A stretch of 64,000 nt of DNA, taken from Balanoglossus misakiensis. Lineage: Eukaryota; Animalia; Hemichordata. Below the pieces are notes generated by a model. It saw nothing but the letters and a program-made list of their open reading frames with translations. It did not search any database and was not told the origin of the DNA. Of the stretch, positions 62,801-64,000 are shown one piece after another; position 1 is the stretch's first letter, and the number at the start of each line of letters is the position of its first letter. The position numbers and the translations under genes are program-made. The stretch is taken from NCBI GenBank assembly GCA_040954595.2, contig CM082593.2, forward strand, positions 8,689,200 to 8,753,199. Reading direction: 5' to 3'.

Positions 62801-64000
62801 TACAACGCCCCGGGACAGTCGAGCCATTTCCTGCTGAGCTGAAAGATAGTAGCCCTGGCAACGATCATTCTAAGAATTATCTAATTTCAGGACAAACGTG
62901 GTGCAACGACCCCTTCACTTTAAAGGATGTCAAGATGTACTGGAGATAATTAATTCTCAGATTGGACATGTTTCACTGTGCTTCACATCATGCATTTCAA
63001 GATGAAACATCTCTTTGGGCGGTAACTGTTAATTAAACAATCATATAATGTCATTTAAAAGACAATGGTCATACCAGTGAAATAAGCTTGTTTGCAATGA
63101 TACGTTATAACAACAATATGATTACCTGATAATTTCAAACATTTTATTGTACTTTACTGGATGAAACGATTTATGTTTCTGTTGATCAAAATTGAAAAGT
63201 GTAAGGAAAGCATTACTGGTATTTTAATATTTGTTTCCAACTGTAAATCATTGACACACGCTTGTAATGGTTGAAATCCGAAAATAAGATTTATTTTCTA
63301 TAAGTGGAAACAACAAGTATGGCTGATGTCAAGCAAAGAGAACTTCTAGTAGATTGTGCATTATTTACTTAATTAATATTTAAAGAATAATGTAATCTGA
63401 TCTGGTATTGCTACAAATTCTGTCTCCATCCTGAAAGAGCACCTTCTCATGTTATGTCTTGTTTTAGTGGTTAATGGTTTTAAAGTCCTGAGGTGTTGTA
63501 TTAAATGAATAAATAGTTCTGTTATGTGGAAGCACATTCATGTGTTTATTTCTTCTTTTTAGTTTACTCAGAATTATTGCTGAACTATCTTTTCTGCTCA
63601 ATTAAATCCCATCATGTTTCTATTCAGGACACATGCCTCCATAAGAGGAAGTTAAATGGTTAAACTGTGCTGTGGAAATGGGGCAGGGGACAAGTGTAGT
63701 CAGATAAAAGAAAAGGTTGCCACGTGAGGGCACTGCAAAGGGAAAATTCATTATCAAATCGTTTGTGTGTGTTCATTTGGTAAAACTAAAATATTAAAGT
63801 TTATTGAAGAAAATTTAAACATGGATGTGTAATCTGTCCCCTTACTTAGCACAGCCAGCGGTGGGACTGGGGCAGGAGACCAGAGTATTCAGATAAAAAC
63901 GTTGCCACGCGAGGGCGCTGCAAAGGCTCCCATTAAACCTAATTTGCGAGATGAAAAACCCGATCCCTGCTAACTATAACGGTCGACATTTTGAGAAAAA

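Noticed and set aside
63680-63926. Diverged ~60-bp direct repeat with CTCF-like gccacgcgagggcgc
   Set aside because: Only two degenerate copies at the window edge; the motif match is weak.
63971-63984. TAACTATAACGGTC, matching part of the 23S rRNA/I-CeuI site
   Set aside because: A 14-nt match only; the flanks do not continue rRNA sequence.

Overview
Eukaryotic (animal, probably marine invertebrate; inference from spliceosomal introns and the transposon repertoire) genomic DNA. Positions ~1-23.3 kb are mostly tandem repeats (62-bp, ~215-260-bp, 275-bp, 91-bp and ~290-300-bp units plus microsatellites), and the ORFs called there are repeat artefacts. Two host genes can be reconstructed exon by exon: a 4-exon RDH8/HSD17B1-like short-chain dehydrogenase (minus, 24877-27301, 288 aa) and a 7-exon carboxypeptidase E-like gene (plus, 37974-58721, 449 aa). 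Between them is an apparently intact 6.5-kb tyrosine-recombinase retrotransposon (30986-37456) with split direct repeats A1...B1-A2...B2. Its gag is interrupted by an intron carrying a 61-bp array, and gag, pol and YR each begin at a phase-0 splice acceptor that could be fed by one shared leader exon. It is flanked by an 8-bp direct repeat. CPE intron 1 holds a nested stack: a P-like non-autonomous element (7-bp TSD) contains an intact 5.8-kb ISL2EU-type transposon (289-bp TIRs; THAP-DDE transposase plus spliced SAP-SWIM-YqaJ exonuclease gene), which itself contains a Kolobok-type MITE. Many other MITEs (Harbinger, Kolobok, Tc1/mariner, piggyBac types) are recognisable by TIR and TSD. All calls were made by eye; no database searches were run.
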